Virus record (IMG/VR): IMGVR_UViG_3300019888_000003
Location: 14,344 to 78,343 of that record
Strand: one strand, 5' to 3'
Length of the DNA: 64,000 bases
Source: a virus
In this document: in pieces, positions 1 to 9,556 of the stretch
How the letters are laid out: the number at the start of each line of letters is the position of its first letter
Position numbering within the stretch: position 1 is the stretch's first letter
The notes under the pieces: generated by a model
The model's database searches: none
The model's input: only the letters and a program-made list of their open reading frames with translations
Told to the model about the DNA's origin: nothing
Program-made: the position numbers and the translations under genes

Positions 1-2
1 TG

Positions 3-2549
3 CGTCCCGAGGGTACCTGGATGCTGGTCGGGGCAGACCCCGCCGTGCTCGCGAACTGGATTCAGACTTCCAATCCTGCTGGTGGCGTGCAGATGGTCAA
101 CGGCCAAGTCGGGATCATCACGCTCTCTGCGGTGGATGTGGGAGCGCGAAGCGCCGACGTCGCCGTCCCCATGAACGATGTGAACGGTCTTACTGCCGCG
201 TTGGCACTCAAGGCGACCACTACTGCCTTGGCGACGACGAACACCGGACTCGCGATTCAGACGGGGCGCATCGACGCGCTCACTACCAGCCTGACGACGT
301 TGGACGGGGTGGCGGTAAAGCTCGTCGGGGGCGTCATTAACACCACTTATCTTGCTGCGGACGTGCCGCGCGTGGACATCAACAACCAGTTCCTCCGTAA
401 GGATGGCACCGTCATTCCCATCGCGGGTGGTGGTGGCGGCGGTGACGTCACGATGGTCAACGGCAAGACCGGCAACGTGGTGCTTCAGCCCTCTGATATC
501 GGCGCACGGTCGGCATCGGTGCCTGTTCCACAGGCTGACATCGACAACCTCGCTGCGACACTATCGCTCAAGACCGATGTCGCCACCACGCAAGCACTCG
601 CCACTCGTGTTTCGCGTAACGAGGTGGACATCGCCGACCTTCAGGCTGGCGGCGGAGGGACGGGAGGCGTGTCGTCCAAGACGACGGTGTCGTGGGTGGC
701 CGATGCGGGTACTGCTCCGCAGAACGTTCTCGTCAAGTCGCCGTTCGGTATCGCTGCGGGTTCTCCGTACTACGATCCCAACGGTGCACTGGAGGGTGAG
801 GCGGCCTATCCCTACATCGATTCGAACGGTCATCTCACGCTGCGCCAGCTCGACCCACTGGCCACCCCGGAACCAGCTCCAGTCAATCCGACCGATTTCA
901 ACACTCTGACGGGCCGTGTCACGTCTTTGGAGACGGGCAGTGCAAAGCCTGCGGGAGGATGGCTCAAGGCCGACCTCGTCCAGGCGGTGCAGGACGATCT
1001 GACGTCGATCGAGGGCGCTACGTCTTCCTCTACGAACAACTCGATTGTGGTGCGCAACGCAGCAGGTACCTTTGCGGTGACGGAGCCTACTGCCACTGGA
1101 CATCCCTCGACGAAGAATTACGTCGACACCGCGCTCGCCCTCAAGGCCACTACGGCGAGTGTGACTGCGCTGACGACCACAGTGAACGGCAAGGCACTCG
1201 CGAGCGATCTCACCACGCTCACCGGGCGCGTGACCAACGTCGAGAACACCATGCCCACCAAGGCCGACTTGGATGTGTCCAGTCACGTTCCCTTGGGGCA
1301 GATTCCGACCTTGCCGGGATCACAGGTCACCGGATTTTCTCTCAAGGCCGATCTGGACGGTGCGGGTGGCAAGTTGTTGCTCACTCAGGTGCCCACCGGC
1401 ATTCCACAGGCTTCCATCTCGGGGCTCGTCGCTTCACTTACCGCCAAGGCCGACTTGGTGGGTGGATTGATACCGACTGCCCAGATTCCGGCGTTGGCGA
1501 CGCAGGAGGTCTATCCGGTGGCCAACCGTGCGGCCATGCTGGCACTGAGTACGGCACAGGTGCAGCGCGGCGACATGTCGGTTATCACCAGTGGTGCAGA
1601 CCAGGGTTCCTACATCCTCAACTCCTCGGACCCCAGCCAGTTCGCGAACTGGGTGCTGCTGCAAACTCCGGCTGGCTCGGTGCAGACGGTCAACGGTCAG
1701 TCCGGCACTGTGGTGCTGGGGGCCGCTGACGTGGGAGCGCGTCCGAGTGCTACCCCGATTCCCGAATCCGACATCACCAACCTGGTCACCGACCTGGCAG
1801 CGAAGTCGGCGACGACCTATGTCGACGCCCAGGTGGCGACTCGGACGACCCCGGCTGCTGTCTCGACGCAGATCGCGGCCCAGGGGCAGTCCAAGTTCGC
1901 CGCCGACGTAGTGGCGACAGGAGCGGTGACGCTCTCGGGTGCTCAAAGTATCGACGGTGCATTGCGTGGCGCGGGTATCAAGGCGCTGCTCACCGCGCAG
2001 GCATCCTCGGCACAGAACGGATTGTGGACCATCGCGGCGGGCGCGTGGACACGTGCGACCGATCAGGTGAGTGGGTCGACGTTCATGCCTGCCAGCCTCG
2101 TCATGATCAAGAGCGGTACGGCGAACTCGAACTCGATCTGGCAGCTCACCACTGTCACGTCAGGTTCGGTCGACACCAACGCGCAGGCATGGTCCAAGAT
2201 CCTTCAGGGTGGTCCGCCTTCGGTGTACACACCGGGTAACGGCATCGACATCACCGGCAACGTCGTCAGTGTCAAGAATGGTCCCGGCTTGATCGCGGAC
2301 GGCACCAACCTTCGCCTCGACACCACGGCGGTGATGCGCGGTATCGCCGTGGACGTTCCTGCCGGGTCGACCACTCCGACGATCACACACAACCTGAACA
2401 CCTTGAACATCTGGGGGTTCGTGCGGGAGAAGTCCTCCGGCGACATTCAGTTGGTCGGCACCACGGCGGTGTCGGTGAACAGTGCGTCGATGGAGTTCGG
2501 TGCAGCTCCGGTGGACCAGCAATATTCGGCGATTATTTTTGGCTGGTGA
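3..2549 (+). CDS. Tail fibre / minor tail protein (5' end truncated by the window edge)
   Basis: The frame is open from the window edge. It has repeated VxxVNGxxGxVxLxxxDVGAR and KADL modules typical of actinophage fibres, and a C-terminal T-I-T-H-N-L-N-T motif. Confidence 0.8.
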   Translation, partial: RPEGTWMLVGADPAVLANWIQTSNPAGGVQMVNGQVGIITLSAVDVGARSADVAVPMNDVNGLTAALALKATTTALATTNTGLAIQTGRIDALTTSLTTLDGVAVKLVGGVINTTYLAADVPRVDINNQFLRKDGTVIPIAGGGGGGDVTMVNGKTGNVVLQPSDIGARSASVPVPQADIDNLAATLSLKTDVATTQALATRVSRNEVDIADLQAGGGGTGGVSSKTTVSWVADAGTAPQNVLVKSPFGIAAGSPYYDPNGALEGEAAYPYIDSNGHLTLRQLDPLATPEPAPVNPTDFNTLTGRVTSLETGSAKPAGGWLKADLVQAVQDDLTSIEGATSSSTNNSIVVRNAAGTFAVTEPTATGHPSTKNYVDTALALKATTASVTALTTTVNGKALASDLTTLTGRVTNVENTMPTKADLDVSSHVPLGQIPTLPGSQVTGFSLKADLDGAGGKLLLTQVPTGIPQASISGLVASLTAKADLVGGLIPTAQIPALATQEVYPVANRAAMLALSTAQVQRGDMSVITSGADQGSYILNSSDPSQFANWVLLQTPAGSVQTVNGQSGTVVLGAADVGARPSATPIPESDITNLVTDLAAKSATTYVDAQVATRTTPAAVSTQIAAQGQSKFAADVVATGAVTLSGAQSIDGALRGAGIKALLTAQASSAQNGLWTIAAGAWTRATDQVSGSTFMPASLVMIKSGTANSNSIWQLTTVTSGSVDTNAQAWSKILQGGPPSVYTPGNGIDITGNVVSVKNGPGLIADGTNLRLDTTAVMRGIAVDVPAGSTTPTITHNLNTLNIWGFVREKSSGDIQLVGTTAVSVNSASMEFGAAPVDQQYSAIIFGW

Positions 2550-2555
2550 TGAGTT

Positions 2556-3275
2556 GTGTCAAGTTTAAAGTACATCGGTAAGGCCATCGACGTTGCTGCT
2601 GCTCTGTCGACGAAGTCCTACGTGGATTCCGTGCAAGCGACGTCGTTGTCGCAAGCGGCAGTGGACACTTCGGTCAATTCGCAGTTCGCCTCCTACGCGG
2701 TCAAGACCTATGTCGACTCTCAGGATGCGCTCAACGCTCTGACGAGTTACGTGGACAGCCAGGACAATCTTCGACTCAAGCTTGCGCAGAAGAACGTGGC
2801 GAACGGAGTTCCGGGGCTCGACGCGAACGGCAAAGTGTTGGCCAGCAAGCTCAACGTCGCGGTCACGCAGCGCAACAATCGAATGTTCTGGAGTCCCTCG
2901 TCCTACCCCGGTTCGAACATCGATGTTTTCAGCGGAACGACAGTCCTCTACACCTGTGCGGTCAGTGACCCAGGCTATTCGTACAAGATGCTGTGTTTCG
3001 CCAGTCACGAGGTGCACTCCGCCGATATTTCCACCTATCCCATTGTCGAGGTTCGGGTTGGCAGCTCCGGTGGACAATTGATTGCGCAGGGGTGGGGGCC
3101 AGCCGATGCGACTTACTGGACCGGTGTGAGCGTCGAACCGTTTGCCGTGAACACTCAGACGATCAAGACTGGCGCAACGACGCTCTATGTGACGCTGCAT
3201 CAAGGCGGGAGCAATGGTCAGGTGACTGTCTCGACATACAAGCCGTATTTCTACGTGATGGCCATACCTAGCTAG
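2556..3275 (+). CDS. Minor tail protein (paralog 1 of 3, MSSLKY family)
   Basis: N-terminus MSSLKYIGK, KxYVDxQD repeats and ANGVPGLDANGKV, shared with the 3968 and 4709 genes. Confidence 0.75.
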   Translation: MSSLKYIGKAIDVAAALSTKSYVDSVQATSLSQAAVDTSVNSQFASYAVKTYVDSQDALNALTSYVDSQDNLRLKLAQKNVANGVPGLDANGKVLASKLNVAVTQRNNRMFWSPSSYPGSNIDVFSGTTVLYTCAVSDPGYSYKMLCFASHEVHSADISTYPIVEVRVGSSGGQLIAQGWGPADATYWTGVSVEPFAVNTQTIKTGATTLYVTLHQGGSNGQVTVSTYKPYFYVMAIPS

Positions 3276-3285
3276 GGAGGAAGAT

Positions 3286-3876
3286 TTAAATATGTGTCCA
3301 GGTCTTTCTCTTGATCACGTTGTGAATGCATTGGTAGCTGACATCGAATGTTCGGCCAAGTTCGGCCTGAGTGATTCCTCCGGCGCTGTAGATGCGACGG
3401 ATTTCGAGCACGTTCTCTTCGGTGAGCCTGGCATGAGGGTGGTCGATCCCTTTGCACATCAAACCGCGTTCGGTGGCCTCGGCGATATTTTCTCGGTGAG
3501 TCCCAAGGTGGAGGCATCGAGGGTGAACGCAGATTGGCCTATCACAGTGATGAAGAATGTAAAGACCTTGAGGGATGGGGCCGTGGTAAATGCGGTAAGA
3601 GGCTCTGATTGCTGTAACTACATGGTTTTCTGCCCAAAAATGTCCATATCCTTTGTCATTCGTTCCTCTTGTCCAGTCCCAGCATCCGTTTTCGGGGGGT
3701 TCACCGGGCATGAACCAAGCGAATGCTTCAGCCTCGGTCAGTCCCGAAGGTGCACGAAGTGTACCGGGGTTCATCGGGTCACCTCGGTAGTACCAGCGCT
3801 GATAGTGCATACCGCACCAGCTTCGGGCAAGGACCGGCTTGAGGCAATTTGGGATGGAGCACGTAGAATCAGTCAT
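3286..3876 (-). CDS. HNH homing endonuclease
   Basis: CSIPNC...WCGMHYQRW zinc motif, GCWDWT...GYG, HHCDRPICVHPRCLHLGTHREN, and a C-terminal HTH. ATG at 3876 has an AGGTGAG RBS; the track start at 4065 overlaps the next gene. Confidence 0.9.
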   Translation of the reverse strand: MTDSTCSIPNCLKPVLARSWCGMHYQRWYYRGDPMNPGTLRAPSGLTEAEAFAWFMPGEPPENGCWDWTRGTNDKGYGHFWAENHVVTAIRASYRIYHGPIPQGLYILHHCDRPICVHPRCLHLGTHRENIAEATERGLMCKGIDHPHARLTEENVLEIRRIYSAGGITQAELGRTFDVSYQCIHNVIKRKTWTHI

Positions 3877-3967
3877 ATCGACACTCACCTGTCGGTCGTG
3901 CCCCGGCCTGTTTCCGCAGGTGCGGGGCGTTCTACTCCCATAGTAGTCGTGAGAGGAGGGGTGAACC

Positions 3968-4702
3968 TTGTCCTCACTTAAGTACAAGGGGAGGCCAGCT
4001 GATACCGACTTCTCTATCCCCAGCAAGCAATTCGTAGACGACCGATTCGCCACGATCGGGGTCAACCAGGCCTATGTCGATGCTGCCGTGGCGGCGCAGA
4101 CCGGAGTTCTCGCTCTCAAGACCTATGTGGACACTCAGGATGCCACCAAGGCTAGGAAAACTACGGTGGACACGGCGGACACCGGGTACATCCTGGCGAC
4201 CGCACGCGGGGCCGCAAGCGGCATAGCATCCCTCGGCGCGGACAATCTGGTCCCGGCTGGGCAGGTGCCAACGTCTATACCCGACCGCTCCATAGTCGTT
4301 GTTCCTACCGGAACGCAATATCTCAGCGGTACGCAGGGAGTGTCCAGCACGACAGTGAAGACCTATCGCGCGGCCAGTCTGACCATTACTGATCCCGGTT
4401 GGCCGTATGTGATGTTCTCGTTCGCCACGGTGCGGGGGTTCGCTTCGGCGGCAGGCAATTGGGGTCAGGGTGTCATTCTCGACCCCTCGAACAACGGCTG
4501 GACGGGTGTAGGCGTTACCGGGGACAACACCAATATTCAGAGTTATCAGATCATGCCGTACGCAGCGGCTTCACAGGCGGCTTATGGATTGAGTGGCGGG
4601 AGGACACTGGAGTTGTGGCTTTCGCTGTACTCCGGGAGTGGAACCTTTTATTTCCAGAGCACAGGTTTCGTCTTTTATGCGCTACTACTGCCATCGCTGT
4701 AA
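3968..4702 (+). CDS. Minor tail protein (paralog 2)
   Basis: MSSLKYKGR, KTYVDTQD and GIASLGADNLVP motifs; GAGGAGG RBS upstream. Confidence 0.75.
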   Translation: MSSLKYKGRPADTDFSIPSKQFVDDRFATIGVNQAYVDAAVAAQTGVLALKTYVDTQDATKARKTTVDTADTGYILATARGAASGIASLGADNLVPAGQVPTSIPDRSIVVVPTGTQYLSGTQGVSSTTVKTYRAASLTITDPGWPYVMFSFATVRGFASAAGNWGQGVILDPSNNGWTGVGVTGDNTNIQSYQIMPYAAASQAAYGLSGGRTLELWLSLYSGSGTFYFQSTGFVFYALLLPSL

Positions 4703-4708
4703 GGGGAG

Positions 4709-5455
4709 GTGAGTAAGACGGGGAGTTTAAAATACGTCGGCAAGGCTCCAGCAGCCGCCAAAGACATGACCAATCGTCTAGCTATCGACGCGGCGTTCGC
4801 AGGAGGAACTCAGCGTTCCTATGTCGACAACAAAGTGGCAACCGTGGTGTCGACACTGTCGCGCAAGGATTACGTGGACGGACAGGACAACGCTTATGCC
4901 ACCACTGCCTACTATCAGGCCGGGGATGCGCTGCTGATCCCGAATGCGCAGAAGGCAGCCGTCAACGGTGTCGCCAGTCTCGACTCCGGTTCCAAGATTC
5001 CCATTGCGCAGATTCCCGCATTCGGGGCGGGGAACATTCAGGGTCCGTACGGTACGACCTCTCGCACGACAGGCACAGCGAACCAGGGAAGTTCCTTCAC
5101 CATCGCGAACTGGACTCTCGCAGCTCCCGGATTCTCCTGGCGACCGCTCGTCTTCGCCTCGGTGATCATCAGTGGGGCGGGTTCGACCAGGCCCTGTCTC
5201 GAAGCACGACTCAGCGGTACCCTCATCGGGTTCGGCTGGGGTAATGCCTACAACGGATACCAGGCGGTCTCGCTTCACCCAGCCCCGGATATCACATCTC
5301 AGTCGGGCAATCCTCCGACTTCGTATTCGGGGGCCAGTACCCCGAGTATCTCGTTGAACATCGTGGAACCGTTCAACAATTCGGGGATGTCGGTGACCTT
5401 CGGCGCTACCGGGTACCTGGTGACGGCGGTGGTGTATCTCGTGAAGATCGGTTGA
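4709..5455 (+). CDS. Minor tail protein (paralog 3)
   Basis: GSLKYVGK, KDYVDGQD and NGVASLDSGSKIP motifs. Confidence 0.75.
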   Translation: MSKTGSLKYVGKAPAAAKDMTNRLAIDAAFAGGTQRSYVDNKVATVVSTLSRKDYVDGQDNAYATTAYYQAGDALLIPNAQKAAVNGVASLDSGSKIPIAQIPAFGAGNIQGPYGTTSRTTGTANQGSSFTIANWTLAAPGFSWRPLVFASVIISGAGSTRPCLEARLSGTLIGFGWGNAYNGYQAVSLHPAPDITSQSGNPPTSYSGASTPSISLNIVEPFNNSGMSVTFGATGYLVTAVVYLVKIG

Positions 5456-5501
5456 TGAAAAGGCTGAGGAGCTGAGAAATAAAATGGGTATCATTACGGA
5501 G

Positions 5502-6110
5502 TCAATTGAGGTGACTCCATCTTCTACTGCTGGCTGCGTCGTAACACGTCCACTTGTTGATCCCAAGTTCCTCGGCGATCTTTTTCACGGTTTCTCCGGC
5601 CTCTTTACGAGCACGTATCTGGAGGACGATGGATTCTGTCAAGACAGACCCTCCGTGACGTTCACCTATAGCGGATCGCTGATGTTCGACCATGTCTCTG
5701 GAGTTGTCGGCTTCGTAACCGATGTCCAGATGTTCTGGGTTGCAGCACGGTGGGTTGTCGCATACACGATGGCGAACCAACATCCCCTCGGGGATCTCTG
5801 CTTCGTGATGAAGCTCCCAAGCCATACGGTGAGCGATGATCCGTTGTCTTCGGTAACTGAAGAATCCGTATCCCTCGGATTGGGAGCCAGTCCAGAGCCA
5901 ACATTCGTTGGGGGCACCTACTCGAACCCGACTCCAGAATCTTTCTTCACGAGTCATGGTGGTCGGAACATATGCCGGGGGTCTTGGAACCTCAGGCTTT
6001 CCGTCTCGGAGCCATCTCTGATAGCAGGAACGACACATGCCGTTAACGATGGTGGTGTCTCTCCGATTGCATTCGAAGATGACGCAGGAAACAGGATCGG
6101 ACAGAATCAC
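5502..6110 (-). CDS. HNH homing endonuclease (probably leaderless)
   Basis: ERFWSRV...ECWLWTG...GYG, AHRMAWELH, VRHRVCDNPPCCNPEHL and a C-terminal HTH. TACAAT lies 7 nt upstream of the GTG start. Confidence 0.92.
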   Translation of the reverse strand: MILSDPVSCVIFECNRRDTTIVNGMCRSCYQRWLRDGKPEVPRPPAYVPTTMTREERFWSRVRVGAPNECWLWTGSQSEGYGFFSYRRQRIIAHRMAWELHHEAEIPEGMLVRHRVCDNPPCCNPEHLDIGYEADNSRDMVEHQRSAIGERHGGSVLTESIVLQIRARKEAGETVKKIAEELGINKWTCYDAASSRRWSHLN

Positions 6111-6136
6111 AAACTACATTGTATAGGACAACCCCA

Positions 6137-7648
6137 ATGGGTATCGTGACGGAAAATGGATGGCCTCAAGTTGATGCCGATCAGCTTGACAGGGGTTTGA
6201 TTCCTGGGACTACCGCTGTCTGTGAAACTCTCGAAGGAGATGTCAACACAATCCTTAAGGGGTTCGCAGCCTGGTATCACAGGAACGTGGCACCGATAGA
6301 TATCGGTCCAAGAGATGAGTGGAGCTGGAGTCGGACGAACGATGTCTGGAACTCCAACCACCTCTCCGGCACCGCGATGGACATCAATTCCAGCCAGTGG
6401 CCCTGGCAGGAATACACCATGCCGCAGTGGATGATCGACAAGATTCGCGTCGGACTGGGACTGTTCGAGGGCACGGTTTTCTGGGGTCGGGACTGGGACC
6501 GTCCCGACGAGATGCACTTCCAGATTCAGGGCAACGCGGAACAGATTGCTCCGTTCGCCGCGAAGCTACAGGGTGGTTACCTCAACATCTGGGCGGCACC
6601 GGACCCCAACGACTTTCCGCTACCGCTCGGTTATTACTACGGACCGCAGGACGGTCCCGACGAGTCCGTCTCGGGTGAGTGGAGCGGCGATTCGCAAGCG
6701 GCCAAGGACGGCTTGGGTCGCTGGCAGGAGGCTCTCGGTCTTCCGGTCACGAAGAAGTGGAACGACGGTGCCACCTCGAAGGCCGCGACCCTGCTTCAGC
6801 TCGACAAGGGCTGGGCACCGCACGGTCACGTCGGATCGTGGGAATGGGACGCCGTCATCAAGGACGGTTGGCGACTCAAGGCCCCGCTCTCCGTCATCTC
6901 GGACCCCGAGCCGGTCGTGGTCAAGTGGGGCGACTACAGCCAGTATCAGGACGCCTTCCTGGACGACTCCTACCCCTATCCGGTCATCGCCTTCCGGCTG
7001 TCCATCGGTGACACTGTGGATGAGCACGCCGTCGAACAGATGCAGAAGGCGCGCGATGCCGTAGCGAGCGGGAAGCTCCAGAAGGTCATCGGCTATCACT
7101 TCTTCGTTCCGGGAGTCGACAACCTCGGCACGTTCACCGGGGTCATCACGCAAACAGGTGGGGTGTTCGCCGAATTGTGCGCGATGGTCGACGTCGAGGA
7201 CGGCGGGGCCAAGTGGGGTATCTCCGGCGATCAGAGCGCGGAGGTCAACGAGCTGATCTCGAAGATCAACGATTATTTCAAGAATCCACAGGCCACAGCG
7301 GGGTATCTCAACTTCAACTCCAACGCGGAGTTGTGGCAAACAAGGCCCAACGGCATCAAGCTCGTCGTTCCTGCCTACAACGGGGCCGACAACGAGCCCT
7401 ACAGCCCGGACCCACTCTTCGTGCACCAATACACCGACTCCGAGGACACTCCGCCGTTCGGTCCTACCGACATGAACATCTCCAAGATGCCGCTGCACTC
7501 GTGGTTGTCGGCCTGGGGTGTCAACGAGGGAGCGCCGAGCCTGGCTCCGCGCGCCTCGGAAGCGGTGATACCCCCAGCGGTGATATCTTCGGTGTCCGTC
7601 ACTGAAGACGACTTGGTTGATCTCATCGCGAGGCAATTCGATGCCTAA
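6137..7648 (+). CDS. lysA: Endolysin LysA (M15-type peptidase + peptidoglycan-binding region + GH25-like domain)
   Basis: TENGW N-terminus, SNHLSGTAMDIN and WGRDWDRPDEMHFQ peptidase motifs; C-terminal DYSQYQ...YHFF...MVDVE...HQYTD...DMN pattern is GH25-like. Confidence 0.88.
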   Translation: MGIVTENGWPQVDADQLDRGLIPGTTAVCETLEGDVNTILKGFAAWYHRNVAPIDIGPRDEWSWSRTNDVWNSNHLSGTAMDINSSQWPWQEYTMPQWMIDKIRVGLGLFEGTVFWGRDWDRPDEMHFQIQGNAEQIAPFAAKLQGGYLNIWAAPDPNDFPLPLGYYYGPQDGPDESVSGEWSGDSQAAKDGLGRWQEALGLPVTKKWNDGATSKAATLLQLDKGWAPHGHVGSWEWDAVIKDGWRLKAPLSVISDPEPVVVKWGDYSQYQDAFLDDSYPYPVIAFRLSIGDTVDEHAVEQMQKARDAVASGKLQKVIGYHFFVPGVDNLGTFTGVITQTGGVFAELCAMVDVEDGGAKWGISGDQSAEVNELISKINDYFKNPQATAGYLNFNSNAELWQTRPNGIKLVVPAYNGADNEPYSPDPLFVHQYTDSEDTPPFGPTDMNISKMPLHSWLSAWGVNEGAPSLAPRASEAVIPPAVISSVSVTEDDLVDLIARQFDA

Positions 7649-9011
7649 GATCAGAAACCTGAACCCTCTACCCGAGCTTCCCCGACCAATCGGTGGAACG
7701 GATCTTGCCATTCCCTTTCGGGCGTTCGGTGTCGTGGGGCTGTGCTACGGCGACAGCTTCGGAAAGAACGGCAACTCTCTCGTTCCTCAAGTGGGAGGCG
7801 ATGATTGGCGCTCTCCGATTATCGTATGGACAGAGTCTTCGTCCGATCTCGGCAAGCCCATTGTCGTCACTGGTGCCGTGAGAGATGGCGCGCAGCTCTG
7901 GGATTATCCCCACGACAATGATCAATTCAGTACGGTGCTCCCTACCGATGTGATCGAGATCGACGGGTCGCTCTACATCTGGGTCATGGTCACCAAGGGA
8001 CTTGGCCACGAGCAATGGTGTGAGCTGGCGCGCTCCGATGATCATGGGATCACTTGGAACAACAAAGGCATACGGTGGTCGACGTCGGATTTCGGCTCCA
8101 AGCGCGTCATGGTCACCTTCGACCGCAAGCCCGGTTCGAACATCGTGGACATCTTTTCTACGGGTGGACTCGCGAGGGACAAGGGGATGCTTCGGTGGCG
8201 TTGTCACAAGGATTCCCTCCAGGACCCCGCCGCGTGGGATGGGTGGGGTTGGGATGGTCAGACCTGGGATTGGGGTCGTCCCCCGAGCGAGATTCTGCCG
8301 GGGTGGAAGTTCGGCGAGATCGGTTTCCGCTGGATTCAAGGCAATGCTGTGCTCTCGGGGTTCGATGCCGGTAACTATTCGATTTTCGTCAAGGTCGGCG
8401 AGAGCACCGATGTCAATTGGACCAAGATCACGACATACCGTCCCATCACTGGTCTTCCGCGTGGTGTCGATACGGTGTCCCGGCTCTACGGTGGATATGT
8501 ACACCCGAACTCGAAGTTCGACGGCACATTCGCGGTGATCGTCTCGGAATGGGCTTCCTCTGGTAACCCATACCGAGCCATGCAGTTTCAGGTCTTCGGC
8601 ATCAAGGCCGCAGGTCCGATTGTGGAGGACATACCAAGCGTGAGTGTCGACTCGGCTGCACTATCGAACGAAGGAATTGACATGTCCGCAGAAGAAGCCC
8701 TACAGAAGATCGCTCAAGAGCTGTCGGCGTCGGGGGACGTCAAGCTCACTTTGGCAAATGGGCGCAACGTATCTCTCCGTCAAGCGTTGGCAGAGATCCT
8801 ATGGAAGTGCAACGCCCGATTGGCCGTATCTGGTGACGTCAATATCAAGCGTCCGGTGGCCGCGACCGAAGGTGATGATCAGTTCGGTCATGTGTTGTCT
8901 GCGCGCGGAGAACTGAATATCTTGATTGCGTTGCAACGCAAAGCATCCGAGCTGGGTCGACTTCTCACCGTCGCTGAACACGACGCCGTCGTCACGGCGA
9001 TGACGAAATGA
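7641..9011 (+). CDS. DUF4185 (GH183-like endo-D-arabinanase) lysis-associated protein
   Basis: GGTDLAIP, YGDSFG, WRSP, VLPTDVI, SDDHGITW and LYGGYVHP motifs; lies between the endolysin and the holin. Confidence 0.8.
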   Translation: MPKIRNLNPLPELPRPIGGTDLAIPFRAFGVVGLCYGDSFGKNGNSLVPQVGGDDWRSPIIVWTESSSDLGKPIVVTGAVRDGAQLWDYPHDNDQFSTVLPTDVIEIDGSLYIWVMVTKGLGHEQWCELARSDDHGITWNNKGIRWSTSDFGSKRVMVTFDRKPGSNIVDIFSTGGLARDKGMLRWRCHKDSLQDPAAWDGWGWDGQTWDWGRPPSEILPGWKFGEIGFRWIQGNAVLSGFDAGNYSIFVKVGESTDVNWTKITTYRPITGLPRGVDTVSRLYGGYVHPNSKFDGTFAVIVSEWASSGNPYRAMQFQVFGIKAAGPIVEDIPSVSVDSAALSNEGIDMSAEEALQKIAQELSASGDVKLTLANGRNVSLRQALAEILWKCNARLAVSGDVNIKRPVAATEGDDQFGHVLSARGELNILIALQRKASELGRLLTVAEHDAVVTAMTK

Positions 9012-9547
9012 GTATGGGCGAAGGGCAGCAGGGCAACGTTCCCGTTCCTCCTGCGGCTGTGTCTCCTGTCGGTGCACAGGCTGACTTCCTCGACACCGTG
9101 CGCAAGGAGGCAGCAGCAGCCGCAGAGGCGGCGTGGAAGCAGAATCAGGCGGCGTTCCAGGAGCAGATCGTCAATTATGCACAGCAGGCCGCGATGGGGG
9201 CGGTGTTGGGCAAGGGTGTCCCGAATGCCATCCCTACAGTCACCGGGAGGACGATCACCGGAAAGGATCTCAAGATCGCCTCTGCCAAGAATCGCAGTTT
9301 TCGCACATTCGTTCAGGGGTTGGGTATCGACCTAGGGTTCGCATTGGTCACTCTGCTGGGGCTGGCCTTCATGAACTTCGACTTCTTTTCCAAGACGGCA
9401 TGGGTCACATTGGCCGCGCTGGTGGTCAAGACCGTTATCCAGACTGCCGTGTCGTATGTAGCTCGAATGAAAATTACGCCGACGTACGACCTCGAACCCG
9501 AGGGAGTGGGCGTGCAGGAGACAGTCGTCTCCGGTTCCAAGGTCTAG
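9008..9547 (+). CDS. Holin-like membrane protein
   Basis: AKNRSFRTFVQGL followed by two hydrophobic segments and TAVSYVAR; last gene of the lysis cassette. Confidence 0.7.
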   Translation: MSMGEGQQGNVPVPPAAVSPVGAQADFLDTVRKEAAAAAEAAWKQNQAAFQEQIVNYAQQAAMGAVLGKGVPNAIPTVTGRTITGKDLKIASAKNRSFRTFVQGLGIDLGFALVTLLGLAFMNFDFFSKTAWVTLAALVVKTVIQTAVSYVARMKITPTYDLEPEGVGVQETVVSGSKV

Positions 9548-9556
9548 TCTCTCGAT

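Noticed and set aside
3281-3300. AGATTTAAATATGTG resembles the SLKY(V) start of the neighbouring paralogs
   Set aside because: It is explained by the reverse complement of the HNH C-terminus (WTHI*); too short to call a duplication.
5484-6149. Group I intron or ribosomal bypass joining MGIITE to lysA
   Set aside because: The HNH is antisense and fills the insert, leaving no room for a ribozyme core, and lysA has its own RBS and ATG.
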